Assembly: GCA_965649765.1 (NCBI GenBank)
Contig: OZ287749.1
Location: 66,526,001-66,590,000 of the forward strand
Source of the DNA: Bispira polyomma
Taxonomy: Eukaryota
Direction: 5' to 3'
Length of the DNA: 64,000 bases
This document shows, piece by piece, positions 37,741 through 51,460 of the stretch (position 1 is the stretch's first letter; each line of letters starts with the position of its first letter). Position numbers and translations under genes: made by a program. The notes beneath the pieces are model-generated. The model searched no databases and was not told where the DNA came from. It worked only from the letters and a program-made list of their open reading frames with translations.

Positions 37741-37927
37741 CAGTAGAACCTTTATTATCTGAACTTCTATTATCCAAAAATTAAATTTTATGAACTCATT
37801 TCAACTCTCTAAAACGTTTGTTTTTCCTATTGTTTTATATATAAATGCCTGTGCTATTTTATGAACTTTTTATTATCTAAACAAAGTCCTGCTCTCCAAA
37901 CATGTTTAGATCATAGAGGTTATACTG
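37741..37927. mobile_element. pogo/Tigger-like MITE
   Basis: TA-cagtagaacct...aggttatactg-TA. Confidence 0.8.
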
Positions 37928-38094
37928 TAAAGATATATAGGACGATGAAATGATAAAAAGTTAATTGTTAAATTGACGTGTGTTGAGTGAAGATGCATAT
38001 AGCATGATAAAACTAAAAGCTACTGTTTAACACCAACCCCATATAGTACACAAAGTAGCAGTTGCCAAATTTGGTTTAGATTTAGTGCTTCAAC

Positions 38095-38320
38095 TCCTGG
38101 TTAGGGGAGTTCGTCTGGCCATCAGAAGGTTCCTGGTTCAACTCCTGCTAATGCCGCTAAGTTCAGTGGTGGGACAACATCCTTGGGAAAGAGGTGTATA
38201 TGCCATTGCCTACTGATGACAATCCAGGCTATACTATAGAACACATAATTTGTTGATTGATTCAAATGTTGCGCTTTAAAAGATACCTTGCATTAAAAAA
38301 GTGTGTTAAAAGTATTTATA
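38095..38320 (+). mobile_element. tRNA-head SINE ending in an L2-like tail
   Basis: B box ggttcaactcc, then catccttgggaaag, then gattc..atgttgcgctttaaaagata...cattaa, the L2 tail seen elsewhere in the window. Confidence 0.6.
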
Positions 38321-38482
38321 CATAAAATACAGTACATTCAAATTTTTTGGCTTTTTATAACTATATTAACAAACTGATTTTAACTGAAACTGAATTTAAT
38401 TTTGCTTGCTTATTTTTGTCAACCTAATACGAGACAGGAAATGATATTTCGTCCTTAAAATAATATTTTATACTTTAATATG

Positions 38483-38580
38483 GGTCCCCCCGTGGCCTAG
38501 TGGTTAGAGAGTTGGTCTGATGATCGGAAGGTTTTTGGTTCTACTCCCAGTAGCAGGCGCTAGTTCATTGGTGGGATAAC
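38483..38580 (+). mobile_element. tRNA-derived SINE head
   Basis: A box tggcctagtgg and B-box-like ggttctactcc. Aligns with 38095-38180. Confidence 0.7.
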
Positions 38581-38924
38581 CATATATACTAGATGAAAGT
38601 AGATATATGCGATGGGTATAAATCTGAATACGAACATGGAAGGGGTGAAAGACATCGTAAAATAATTTAAATTAAAGAAGTGAATTGTTATATACAAACT
38701 ACTTACAGGCAACTATAAGTATAATAACAAGGATTAAAGCAATGGTGGGACTTTAGATATACAACACACCATGTTTCCTGGTGCAGAAACATCTGATGTA
38801 GCAATAATTTGATCATATTTCATCACCATTGTTCTGGTTCTGTTTAGAGACATATTAAAACCAAATGACATGGTAAGTCAACTTTAAATTATTTCTGTTG
38901 TAACTATATTTATCACATTATAAT

Positions 38925-39170
38925 TATATTGCATTGTATTTTGCATTTTCAACGGCCTTATTGATGCAAGGCATATTTTAAAACAGAATCAATCAACCAA
39001 TGGGGATATGTAAAAAACATAGCCAGGTCGTAAGCAAGGTTGTGTGGGTGTACAAGGAGGGAACTAAGGATGGTAAGTGAGTTTAAAGAGATAGGTTTCA
39101 AGTTTTCTCTTAAAACCAGAAAAATGTTTCTAGTAATCTAAGCTCAACTGGGAGACTTTTCCATAACATG
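38925..39170 (-). mobile_element. L2-clade LINE 3' fragment
   Basis: Reverse complement gives LWKSLPVELR...GFKRKLETYLFKL and the shared tail. Confidence 0.8.
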
Positions 39171-40582
39171 TATTTGCAACAATAGCTAAACCATTGCTGC
39201 TGAATACAAAATTTATATCTCATGAAACCTGTACGTGATCAACAGACACAATATGTTTGTTTTTATACTTTTCTTTGAAGCAGCTTAAGTGGTGTAAATG
39301 AGGAATAGAGCTACTTTTAAAGTCCAAAGTGTCAAGAACATGCTTTCCTTTGTTTCAAAACAATGAATTATTTACTTATTCCGGTCTGTAAAGGTTAGTG
39401 TGACAACTGAGATAAACTTTACAGATGTCATTTTGCAATTCCATAAAATTTCAGCGTTTTTCTGTCCTTTGTGTACTAATCTAACCCCAACCGCTCATTT
39501 CTTTGAAATGGGTTTCTCCAGCCTAAAGGTGCCAGAATGTATATACACACACACACAAAGAGAGAAAACAAAGGTCCTGGGTGTTGCTTAGTACCTGTTT
39601 GCCAGGAACTCATTTAGTGGTTACTTTGTTCTGAAGAGCTTTGGGGAATTGGATTTTTATTGTGAACTGCCACGTCTGCAGTGTGAAAAGACTGCTCAGT
39701 GAACAGCACCCCAAATAACATTGTCTTTTTTCTTCTGGATTTTGAACAAAGTATTTATATAAAGTTATAGAAAAGAATATGTAAGTAAATACATTGTAAG
39801 AGACCGGATAGATTATTATTATTAAGTCAATGAAAATCAACCACTACTGAACCAAGATTACGAATTCTAACATTCGTCGTAGTATATATTGATTTCCATT
39901 CAACATTTAATCAGATAAGATTATGAATTCCATGATTAAAATGTAAATATATTGTCATACTAAAAACATAAATCAATAATCATAAAAAAATTTGTTTTAT
40001 TAAAAAATCTAAAATATATCACAATATTCCACAATGCGCCATTATTTGCAAATATAATAGGCAGGGATAACACACAAAACTCTTTTTATGTTCAAGACTC
40101 ATTGGCCACCTGGTCAGATTGTAAACTAGAATACCAAGCCATTGTTTGCCCCTTGATAATTAGGCTTACAGGAGGCAAATAAGGTTTTCTGAACAATAGG
40201 GTAAGACAGTATGAAAGTAAAGACAGGAAGGACGCGTTATTGCTAAGTGAGTAACTAAGTAACTAGTAAATGAGCGACTATCGTGGCGAGTCAAGTGTAT
40301 TAGAATGAATTCTGGGAGTCTTAAATACACTGTTGTCTTTACAATGAGGGTCACCTTGCTGAAGTCTGACTGCACTTTTTTGGCCCCGTTAAAAACCGTT
40401 TATTTCCCCTATTAATTAATTTTTCAGGCACCCTGTGCAGCGGGAAGTGGTTACAAACTGCTCACAGATACTTTCTATATTCTGCAATTAGAAAATATAT
40501 GATGTAGGGTAGACGGTTATAGAAGTAGAAAGATCAAAGAGAGTTTTGTTACTTAAAGGTAATCAAATCTCATATCTTTTCA

Positions 40583-40786
40583 TGTGGAAAAATATCTGTA
40601 TTTCTATTATTTAAGAATTTTTTTTTCCGCCGCAAGTTGATTTATCCTTTATAACAGCATTATGTATTTAAAATATCTATACATATGGAAAAAATATCTG
40701 TATTTCTATCATTTAAGAATTTTTTTTTCCGCTGCAAGTTGATATATCCTTTTTAACAGTATTATGTGTTTAAAATATCTATACAT
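40583..40786. repeat. ~103-bp tandem duplication
   Basis: ggaaaaatatctgtatttctat...aaaatatctatacat occurs twice. Confidence 0.88.
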
Positions 40787-40864
40787 TTGTTGTACTTGAG
40801 AAACACACTTGAATAACATGAAGCGCTCTTATAATCCTTGTATTCTTGTTGTTGTCCTAACAGA

Positions 40865-40978
40865 GGAGCGGGGCTTGAGGATGACCATTTATCAACATCC
40901 TCCAAAGTTCTTTAGCCTGCCACTGGCGGTAGGACCAAAGAACAGAAGATCGCCTTTTTAAGTGATCATCTAAGCCAC
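40865..40978 (-). mobile_element. SINE fragment with a Meta/MESC-like core
   Basis: ggcttgaggatgaccatttatcaac...tttagcctgccactgg...aagtgatcatc is shared with 27283-27390. Confidence 0.65.
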
Positions 40979-42327
40979 AATATGTCTGTCTGTATCAGTC
41001 TAATCTAATCAAGTCCACAATGGTGCTGAATCTTTGTACTAGCGGATTCAAAGGTGCAACAACCAAATTCATTGTTCAGTAGTGCAAGGACTACTGGTCG
41101 CCCCAGAGTCCTGACCTAGCCCAGTTTGTTTTTTATTTTGTTCATTGTTTATTTTTTGTACACTTATATACTAAAGAGGAAATAAAATGAAATTTTCAGA
41201 AAAAAACCCTCTGGTCCCTAATGTTCAAAAGTGAATAGGTTGCTCACTAGGCCACAGTAGCAGAAAAAGTACAGGCAAGGAAAGCTCATTACTTGGAAAC
41301 TACTTCCTAATTAAAATGTGTGAATATTTAAATTTGTTTGAAATCAAGTGAGATGTGCTGAGAAACTTGAGCTTTAAGCAAGTCTATCATGTTGGCAGAC
41401 AGAAAACAAAGAGAGATTATCTGTAGTAACAACCAATGTGGCCAAGGTAACTGATTCTAAACCACAGGGGACCAGGGTTCAAACCTAGTTTGAGATTTCC
41501 AGCCAGAGTGGCTTGGAAGACCAGTTAAATTGATATTTAGAATACCAATAATAAAAAAATTTGTTTATAATTTTTAAAATTGTAAGTAAAATTCCTTTAA
41601 AAGCAAAATTTATTGAGCAAGACTATTATGTGAAGCAATCTGATTGGCTAAAACTTCTGATAATGGCTGGACGAATGATGTTTGTGACTACGACTTCCGA
41701 GTGTGTCTCGTTGAATTACAAGTAGTGTTCTGCTAGGAAAAAAACTAATAAATTTGTTATTTTAAAATCGAATTTTTATAAGATGCACTACTCGCCTTTA
41801 AAACCATTTGCTTACTGTTGGCCTTGAACCCAGTAATCGCTGCCAGGCTAAGAAACAAGCATCCAGGGACCGATAAAATTGGTCACATCTACTGATCAGT
41901 CAGTGAATTTCGCCAGCCAGTTAATTTTGCCAGTTGACCATTTTGACAATATACAAGATTAATTCTGTGCAGCTGAAAAGCCATAAAGCAATAATTTGTG
42001 CATGTTACAATATTTTACATTTTTTAATTTAATTAATTTCAATAAAATCGTTTATGTTTTTAATACATTTCTCTGAATATTATTGTAAATATGTTGCAAT
42101 TTTCCATACACGACTTCTGAAGTGAATATTGATCACGATTCTTGAGTCTGGACACGCCCAACCAATACATTTAAAGCCTTTCAGAAATAAACAACAAATA
42201 CAGTGTGTATGTTTATTGTCCTTTACACTTCCTGAATACAAAAATACATAAACACAGCAGCAAAAAAAAATGAGGCAATTTTACAAGTTAGTCTGGGCAT
42301 ACAGTCTGGGCATACAGTCTGGGCATA

Positions 42328-42501
42328 CAGTAGAACCTCTATTATCCAAATATTCATTTTTATGAACATACTTTTATTCTCCCAAACTTATATTTTCCTA
42401 TAGTTTTGAACTTAAAATGTCTCCACTAATTTATTAACACTCTATTATCTGAACCCAAAAAGTTGCTCACCCAACATGTTCGGATAACAGAGGTTCTACT
42501 G
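42328..42501. mobile_element. pogo/Tigger-like MITE, same family
   Basis: TA-cagtagaacctctattatcc...ggataacagaggttctactg-TA. Preceded by three copies of agtctgggcatac. Confidence 0.85.
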
Positions 42502-43514
42502 TATTGACAAACAACAATAAAATATCACTTGAAAACCAAAACTCTTATATATTCTTACTTTTTTTCGCTAACATTCACTAATTCTGAACAAATGACAAGT
42601 CTAAATACAAGTGTACCAATTAGTGGCTGGATGATTAGACGTCTAGTCGATTAATCATCGGTTGACTCTCCCACATCCTAGTCACTCGGTCTTAATTTTT
42701 TTAATCGATTATTCAACAAGTACCTTTCCTAAATACAAATATGATGGTAATTTGATTTGTCATTTGATATAGTTTTATTGCTCACCAAAGCAAATTGTTA
42801 CACTTTGTGCAGTAACTTATAGAAAGATAACTATTTTTTTTTTTTTCAAAAATAAATTTAAAGCGATTTATTATGAACAAATTACACTACTCAAATTGAA
42901 GGATCCAGAAGTAAAATTTGTTAAATACTGGGAGACATGGGGGCCTTTATTTAGGGACATCTGACGTGTTAAAGAAGACATTGAAAATGATCGGTATCTT
43001 AATATTTCAAACAATAAGATTAGGTGAATAATCGATTACAGGTCAAACATCAGTCAGAAAATTAGGCAATTAATCTACCTTGAAAAAAATTCCCAACACT
43101 ATCACCAATAGCATATGATATGTTAAAAAAAACAGCAGTGATGTATGCAATAAACTTAACATTGAGACTGAGAAAATTGTCAATAATTATTCTAAATTGT
43201 CTATTATCCTATTGCAGTTTCAAGGATATATATCGTTGACTTTAGAGAAAGGCATTTGTACAGAACATGCAAGTGTAAAACATAACAATATCGTTAATTT
43301 TACCAGCAAACATATCAGATTTATTTATGTAACCTTTTTTACTGTTATAAGTAAAAAAAAATTCAGTGTGCTAATAACCAAAGAGAAAAGTAAGTAATAC
43401 AGTCCTTACAGTCCAGATGTAACATTCCCAAAAAACCCAGTCAAATCTGTCTATAAAGTCCTCTGTTGGAAGATAAAAATGTGGTCTGTATATACACGTA
43501 AAAAAATAAAGTAA

Positions 43515-43849
43515 GCTTGGGCTTACTTTCAGCAGTCACCGACATCGGCCTATTTATTTGAATTCAAGCTGACATCAGCCGATGTAGGGCTTACTTTCAT
43601 CCAATATCTACTATGTAAAATGGTGTGAGAATTTCTTCTCTTTTTTCAAATTTTTGTTCAAAATTCAGACCGAGCTCCTGATTTTTTTGCTCTCTGACTG
43701 ATAAATTATGATGGGGGAACAGACGTTGGCTGACGTCTGACCTGATATGCAGTAAATATGCTGAATGGAAGTACTTGGTAATATTCAGTAATTCCTGATG
43801 AAATCGGCCAATATTGGCCGAGAAAAACATGCTGAAAGAAAGTCCGGGC
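43515..43849. mobile_element. Harbinger-like MITE
   Basis: TIR gc..gg.ctt.ctttcagca with TAA on both sides. Confidence 0.72.
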
Positions 43850-44532
43850 TAAGCAACAGTAACAGATATTGTAAATAAGGGTCTTCATAGGCAGGCAACA
43901 GCTTAATAAAGGTGGTCTCTCAGACAAATCGCATCATACCAAAAACTAAGTGGTTTATTTACGTTATAAACATTGGACTAAAATAATATAATATGGATGT
44001 ATTAAACAAGGGAAAGTAGTTTTTATTAGGCAATTAATTTATATATCACGTCTGTTACGTATATTTGTGTGTAAAATTGGGTGTTTAGCAGCTTTTTATC
44101 ACATTAATCGCGATAATCGGTACTAAATGGAACCCTAAATTTTGGTAACTTTGTATATTAATGAAACTACAGCGAAGAAAATTATGACAAAAAATCAAAA
44201 AGTTAAAGAGTTCAAATTGATACATCATTGATTTCACTATAAACTGGTGCATCATAATTACTCAGACAGGAGACATTATAGACAGTAAGAAAAACACAAA
44301 CTTTAACCACTGAAGCATGTGGTAGTACATTTGTCACAATATATACACTGGCCTTCAGGCCAGTTAGACATGGTATCACAACTCACTACGTCCCATTTAT
44401 GTCCTTAGGCAAATGACACAGGACTAAACTCCCCGACTCCTAATGTACCACTGTGGTTAAGTACATAACACACTCATGTGGGAACACAGAGTTCTATCTC
44501 AGCTTGGGGCAACCAATTAAATGCTGACATAT

Positions 44533-44620
44533 AGTGGCTTCAACGACCACTTAAAGTGGCAGTCCCCGGTCATTGGGTCCTATGGCCAGTGGCCGGCTAG
44601 AGATCCTTGGGAAAGTTGAT
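44533..44620 (+). mobile_element. SINE fragment with a Meta/MESC-like core
   Basis: tagtggc...cacttaaagtggcagtcc...ccagtggccggctagagatccttggg is the inverse of the 27.3-kb copy. Confidence 0.55.
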
Positions 44621-44938
44621 GCTGATTGACCGTACTAACATCCATATATAGCCTTCGAATGATTTGAGTCTTATTAGTGTGAGCTTGAGTTTCTTCAAAG
44701 ATATTTGCCCAAGATTTTCTACAAACTATTTTAAGACTTTTTCCACAAAGGTGTTACCCCAACAAACACATATTAGGTAATTTGATTGAAGACTTCTCTA
44801 AAATAGATATTTTGATGGAATTAAGTCAAAAACACTTTAAGCAAAATGGCTCAGATAGTTCTTTTTAGAACGAAGCCAATATACACCTACTCATCCCTCC
44901 CCAAGCATGCTACTGTTACAGTGAACTGGTGAAATCTG

Positions 44939-45167
44939 GGCTGGTAATTTTTGAAAGTTAACTCAGCTCAAACTCATACTCAAATCAAATTTGTGTTGTT
45001 TTTTTTTAACTCTGAATACAGTAAACATATCCCAAATCCGACTTCATATTAGAATTCAGTGTTGAAAACTCTATTACAATGAATGGTTACAAGTATTGGT
45101 TATGTCCATGTGCAAGCCTATATTTGAGTATGAGTATAAGCATGAGTTTATATCTATTATACCAGCC
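44939..45167. mobile_element. Palindromic MITE
   Basis: ggctggta...actcatactcaaat at the left and atttgagtatgagt...taccagcc at the right. Confidence 0.6.
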
Positions 45168-45719
45168 TTGGCGTACTTTTGTCCTTAGAACTTTTTGTAG
45201 TCATTGGTGGCAACCAATCCAAAATATCCACCACATATTATCTACTGGATAAGAAGAACACAACTGAACTATAATTTAGCCAGGCACTTTAAGTACATTT
45301 TCAACCAGGACACTAACTGTTAAACTTATATATACACTTAAAAACTTCATATTGAAACAATGTTCGTTTTTATAAACAGATGCTCCAATATATCATGGGG
45401 GACTTTTGCTTTGCTTTCCTGGATAAAGAATCGTCTCCTTACTTCTAGAATCCTACAAAAAATAAAAAAATTATTATCAATAATAGTATCATCCAACAAC
45501 TGGGATCCCAGAATTCTATCTCCATAAGAAGTGTACCAGTAAAAATTAATGATAGCCTTATAAATTGACACCTCACATGTAAAACTTTACAAAATTTGTC
45601 CTCTAAAATAATGTTCTCGTGACATAACACAGTTAAAGTAATAGTTCTAATGTTTTGACGATTACTCACCAGTGCTTTATCAGTCATGAATTACTGATGC
45701 ATTATAAATGTGTAAAAGG

Positions 45720-46645
45720 GCTACCTTTTGTTCCCTGTAATTGTAATTAGACTTTTATAGCACTTAATCTCCCCTTAACGAAGGGGACTCTGAGGTGCAA
45801 CAGCACAAAAGACAGTAATCCAATTTCCAATATCAAGGGACAGAAAAGGGTCGAGCACCACAGAGCACGCCGGGGGATGATTGAGACTAAGGTGGGTATG
45901 CCTTAGTGTACAAGTGGGTTTTAAGCTGCTTTCTAAAACAGGCCAGTGAGGGGAAGCACGAATCACATCAGAAAGAGCATTCCAAACAATGGGAGCAGCA
46001 AAAGCAAAGCTGTGACCAAACTACTTAACTGACTTTTCAGTAGACGGGTGGAACTTTGGAACGACAAGGAAATTTCTACCACTCTGACTGCGTCTGGTAT
46101 TATAGGAACTACTGTAAGAGGAAAGATATAGGGCAAAATATCTTGGAAACCCAGTGTGAAGAAACTTATAAACAAGTGTAACTGTTTTAAACACTGAACG
46201 CTGTTCAACAGGGAGCCAATGCAATTTTTTAAGAACAGGAGTTATACTGGTGTATTGACTAGTATTTGACACAATTCTAGCTGCACTATTTTGAATGTAT
46301 TGTAATTTACGTAAATTAAACTTTGAGAGACTCCAGTAAAGTAAATTGCAGTAATCTAGTCTACTACTGACAAAGGCATTTGCCACAAGTATCGAAGCAT
46401 TATAAGTGAGAAACCGTCTGACAAAGTCTCGGAGTTGCACAAAATAACTTTTACAGACACTCTGAACATGTTTAGAGAAGGAAAAGTCAGAGTCAAACCA
46501 TACACCCAGGTTCTTAACAGAATCAGCTGGGCTGAAAGGACTACCCAAGATGTCAACTGTAAACCATGCTTTCAACTTATCCCTCTGTCGTTTTGAGCCA
46601 AAGATTATAAACTCAGTCTTGTCGGGATTAAGTTTGAGTTTACCA
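45720..46645 (-). mobile_element. L2-clade LINE 3' portion (second family, different 3' UTR)
   Basis: KLKLNPDKTEF, VKNLGVWFDSDFSF, SSRLDYCN, LQYIQNSAAR, ITPVLKKLHWLPV and WNAL. Confidence 0.92.
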
Positions 46646-47471
46646 GTTTAATTTCTAAGCAAGCAAAAAAAAAAATTACATCAAATCATTTTTGCAAAAA
46701 GTGCTGTGTAGCAACTACTACTGTGTAACAACATCTGGATTTACTTACAAAGGTAACACAAATATACAGTTCGTGATTAATCGATTCTCGATCGATTATG
46801 GATCCTGGATAATTGATTATTGTTTAGGTAAGTGACTTCCAGGTCTACAATTTACTGATTCAAACAAGCTCTACAACAACCATAACAGCATACTTTGCAC
46901 TGATTGGCTCGTTTCTGTCAGCTTTCCAGTAAAAGGTCTTGTATCATAAAAAAATAGAGTACTATTTCAAGCCTGGGAGATTTCCTGTTGTGGAGGAAAT
47001 TAGTGTTTAACCTGTTTCCTCATGGATTGACCTATAACATTAATGCTACTACTTTTTAATACCCAACAAATATAAGAAAAAGATTACCCAAACGGATACA
47101 TCCGCATGGAAATGACTGGACATAAAAGCTAACTTAATGCCCGGCTTCTAAGAAATTCGAACAACACAAATATCCTGCCTCGTTTTTGCAAATACATAAG
47201 CAATATAATAAAAACTGCTCATAAAAACCCCATAACCATAATGCTTCTTTAAAGATTTACACATCTAATATAATGCCACAATTAAACACAAGCCATGCTG
47301 GTATAAGATTCTTTAATAATATGTGAATACTATATAAGGGGAAGGATATTTCAACAGTTAAAATTATATTTATTAACTCACTAATGCTGTCCTTTAGTGC
47401 TGATTGGTCATCAGATCATAAGTGCAAATTTGGTTAATTTTATTGTAATTAGAATTTTTATAAATAAAAAT

Positions 47472-47641
47472 ACTTACCTCATCCTAACAAATGCTATAGT
47501 TGATGGCCGTCAACTAAACCACGGTCAAATAGCCGAAAAAAGCTATCATCCTACCTTAACCTGTGGTTCAGTGGTGTACTTGATAAGTCAATATCGACAT
47601 GGTCACATGGTATCGTTTGAATCCTCACAATGTTCTTTGAC
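47472..47641. repeat. Element 2 3' ITR (inverted copy of 51953-52121)
   Basis: 5 substitutions and 1 indel over ~170 bp. This repeat explains the near-identical spurious ORFs 47397-47696(+) and 51954-52154(-). Confidence 0.95.
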
Positions 47642-47690
47642 ATACTCCCCAGAAGATTCCAGAAGCGGGGAGGTGGGATGGGAGTCTTCC

Positions 47691-47826
47691 TGTTAGGACG
47701 AGGTAAGTATTTCTATTTATAAAAATTCTTATTACAATATTAATAATTTCTATTTATAAAAATTCTTATTACATAATTAACCAATTTTATTGCATAAAAT
47801 ACACTTACCTCGTCCCAACAAATGCT
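47691..47826. repeat. Element 2 ICR, with an internal ~37-bp-period duplication
   Basis: Complementary to both termini, with junction CAA at 47782-47784. The string atttctatttataaaaattcttattaca occurs twice. Confidence 0.9.
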
Positions 47827-50177
47827 GAATCCAACCGTATAGCTGGCTGGCTAAGAATCTTCTGAACCACTGAAGCACAGTAAGGTACAGGAAAATAAGA
47901 GGAAAATATCATCTATGAATAAATAGACAATGGAACCTATAAGCACATAGCTAATACCCATATGAATGACATGTATAAACATATATGAACATTTTCAGCA
48001 TAACATGACATAAGACAAAACTACTGAAAAGTTAGTATGAAAAATGCCAACATTTAACTTACCAAACAAAAATGAAGTTTTGATGGTATAAATGATAATA
48101 GTTCCAAACAATACCATCACCAAATAACAATAGAAACTAACTTAAAAATGTCCTGGAACTCCCGAGGAACAAGTTTAAGATAAAATGAGAGTAAAAGTCA
48201 AGAAACAAGCTCCCAAGGCTTGATAAAGAGGCATAACCCTTGAAAGACTAAACAAAAGTCCATAATCCTCACACCATGGGACTTCCCTTAAGAGATTTCC
48301 TGATCAAAAATCTGTAAGCATACAAATAGACTGATTCAAGAGCCTAAGAAACATCATTTGAATGATCCTGTTTCATAGAAGGCAAGAAAAAGATTTAAGA
48401 AACTGCTGTTAAGTCCTTAGTTGACTAGGCAAAACATAAGGATGCTCAAATCCTCAACTAAGGCATCCCTACAGGAGATATCCAAAAAGTTGGGAAGACC
48501 ACCTGTCAAAGAGAATCAGATCAAACAGAACGGAACTGAATGTCAGACAGAAAAAGAAGGTGAACAGTAACCCGAGACCAGTAAGATTGAGACTTGGGGA
48601 AAGAAGGAGTCCATGCCTGAATGTCATTCCTACTTTAGACCTAGTCATGAAGAAGGAAAAACGCTATGTAGGCTTATATCTGTGAAAACTACAAACATAA
48701 GCCCTAAACTTCCAAACTACTATCACCTTGAAAGCAGCTTTAAATCATTGTGTGAAACAAAATCTAAAATTTAGTCACACAGAAAATGCTAGGAAATCCA
48801 CCTCGTGAAATATTTCCAGAACATTTAAAATTGTGGTCTGAACTGGAACTACAACCCAAGGCTCATGTATTCCAGACAATTGTGGAATGTGTTGTTGAAT
48901 GACTAGTTCAACAAGCTGAGTAACCATGACAGTACTAGTGGAGACTTGAAGGAAAGATCTACTAAAACCCAGAATCATGGAATCCCTGGTCACCCTGAAG
49001 CCATGAAGAGCATGTGGCAAATGTGACAAGCTTGACTGAAAAGTACAGAGGAAGCTTGATCAGCTTGTTTGTGAATGTGCAGCCTATGGCCCCATTTGCA
49101 GGATGCAGTGAACACCTCTTAGTGGAGTGAACACTCTATGTGAACATTCTTGTACCTCCTGAAAGTGAGTGAACAAGAAAATCAGAATACTAGTAAGCTA
49201 GGAATGAGTGTGGCCGTATGTGGACCAAACCTTGGTGTTTTTACATGCCCTTACCCCAGTAGGGGCACATATTCCTAGAAAATCTGTGACTCCTATCCTG
49301 ATCTTGATCAGATATGACACTGTTGTGGTATTATCCGTATCAATAAAAACTAGCTTATTCTAAGCTTGTTCTTAAAAGACATCTCAGAGTCGAGAAACAG
49401 CTTCATTTCCAATAATGAAAATGTGCTTATGAGGAAATCCACAGAACACTTACACCAAGACTGTCCCTGTGGTTTCCCTAAAACCCCTCTGGGAAATCTT
49501 GGATCGCACATTGCGTTCTTCCTGGTAGAGTAGAAGCCGCAAAGATACTGGAAATTGTTTCACCATTCCAAAAGAAAGAACAAGATAGAATCAGAACGAA
49601 TCCCCGAATGAAGGGAAAAATGAGAATTCCATAACCATCAGAGATACCATTTGAAGGGCCTAAAGAGACTCCTTCACAAAGGTAATTCTCTCTTTATGGA
49701 AACCCAAATCAAAACTACTGATTCCATGGAATATGTTCTCACTTGTTTTATGCGGTATTGTCTGATGCCAGTAAAACCACTTTGTTCTGAACCTGAAGCT
49801 GGAAAATCTTCAGGTCCAGAACTCTCTAACAAATATATATGGAGATGAACCTCTTAGGGCTCCATAGACCACTTGTACTCAGGCCTTCTATGCGAGCTCC
49901 CCAATCCAGAATTCCCAGATTCCATTGGAAAAGGACCATATGAAAACCTTTCCATGAAACTGCTTCTGGACTGAAGTTGACGTCCCTGAAAGAAACACAA
50001 ACTTCTGTAACCTTTGACTGTAGGGGATGTAAACCTTCTGTACATGGCATTTTACTTTGGTTGGGTATACCAATCTGCTTAAGACGTAAAAATGGTAACC
50101 TGAAAATTAACAAAGAATGAAGATATTTTTAAAAATATCAACCATTCACCTTTGACAAGAGACTTTCAGATATGCTG

Positions 50178-50338
50178 TACTGTGCTGAAACCATTGAAGC
50201 TCGGGAAATTCCGAAAATTCCGAACTATGATTTATCACTGAACTGCCTAATACACTGATGTACTGTGCTTAGCTGAAACCATTGAAACTCGGGAAATTCC
50301 GAACTATGATCGATCACTGAACTGCCTAATACACTGAA
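50178..50338. repeat. ~80-bp tandem duplication inside element 2
   Basis: tgtactgtgct...gaaaccattgaa.ctcgggaaattccgaa...tcactgaactgcctaatacactga occurs twice. Confidence 0.85.
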
Positions 50339-51102
50339 ACTGGCGATATGTGGATTTACAGGGACGGCAGTTCCCATCAAAATACTAGAAAACGTTGAAT
50401 AAACACGAATGTCTAGGCAATAGATGTGTAGAAGAAGGAAAACTACTCTGAGATGAACTTAAGATGTTTTCCATACATGAAGAAATCGTCATCTAGTTGT
50501 ATAAACTTTCTTGTCCATCTTTTACAAAGTTCCGCATGAAGTGGAAACCCAGGAACCGAAACTCGACTGTCTGTCCTCCGCTTCCGCAAATTAAGTCGAA
50601 ACTAATCAACAACTTCCGCAAGAAGCAAGAACCAAAATGCAGTGCACTTCCGGAAGGAAGCAGCTATTCGTTTGGCACGTTCTACTCTGTAAATTGTCAA
50701 AAAGCTACAAAACCCCGAAAAATCGCGGAATCGGAAAGGCTGTAAAAGAACAACACAGGGTCTTTCCTGAAGGCAGCATGGTGTGGAACTGTGGATGCCT
50801 GTCTGTAAAAGGACAAGACAGGATCATTCCTCAAAACAGCATGATGTGGCACTGAAGAAGCTGTGGACCTGCAGTGGTATCCATGGAGTCATTGGCCTAT
50901 CATGGACTTCATGGACACTTCATGTAGTTGTGGCCCTTCCATGGACTCCATAGAGTTGTGAATCTGTTCTGTCCACCATGGAGTTATGGGCTGTCCTGGC
51001 GACTAAGGAGTGGTAGACCTGTTTAACCCTTGATAGCCCAAATTTCTGACCCACCATGGCCTCCTGCAACCTCATGGCTTCCAGCAAAACATGGCCTATG
51101 AT

Positions 51103-51460
51103 ATGTAGATTTAGCTTTGCTAGTTGGTTTTGAATGAGTGCCAGGCATATGAGCCTGCAAAACATCTCCACCACTAAATAAGCCATATGTAGCCTCTGCA
51201 GGACGTTTAGCCTTCCAGGGTGTTTAGCCTTGTGACATATAGATTTAGCATAGTTAGTTGGTTTTAAATGAGTGCCAGGCATATGAGCCTGCAAAACATC
51301 TTCACCACTAAACAAGCCATATGTAGACTCTACAGGACGTTTAGCCTTCCAGGGTGTTTAGCCTTGTGATATGTAGATTTAGCATTGTTAGCTGGCTTTG
51401 AATGAGTGCCAGGGATATGACCCTGCAAAATATCCCCACCATTAAACAAGCTATATGAGT
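51103..51460. repeat. 134-bp tandem repeat (~2.7 copies) inside element 2
   Basis: gagtgccagg recurs at 51136, 51270 and 51404 with conserved flanks. Confidence 0.9.

Noticed and set aside
47397-47696. Near-identical ORFs 47397-47696(+) and 51954-52154(-) suggesting a duplicated gene
   Set aside because: They are translations of the element 2 ITRs.
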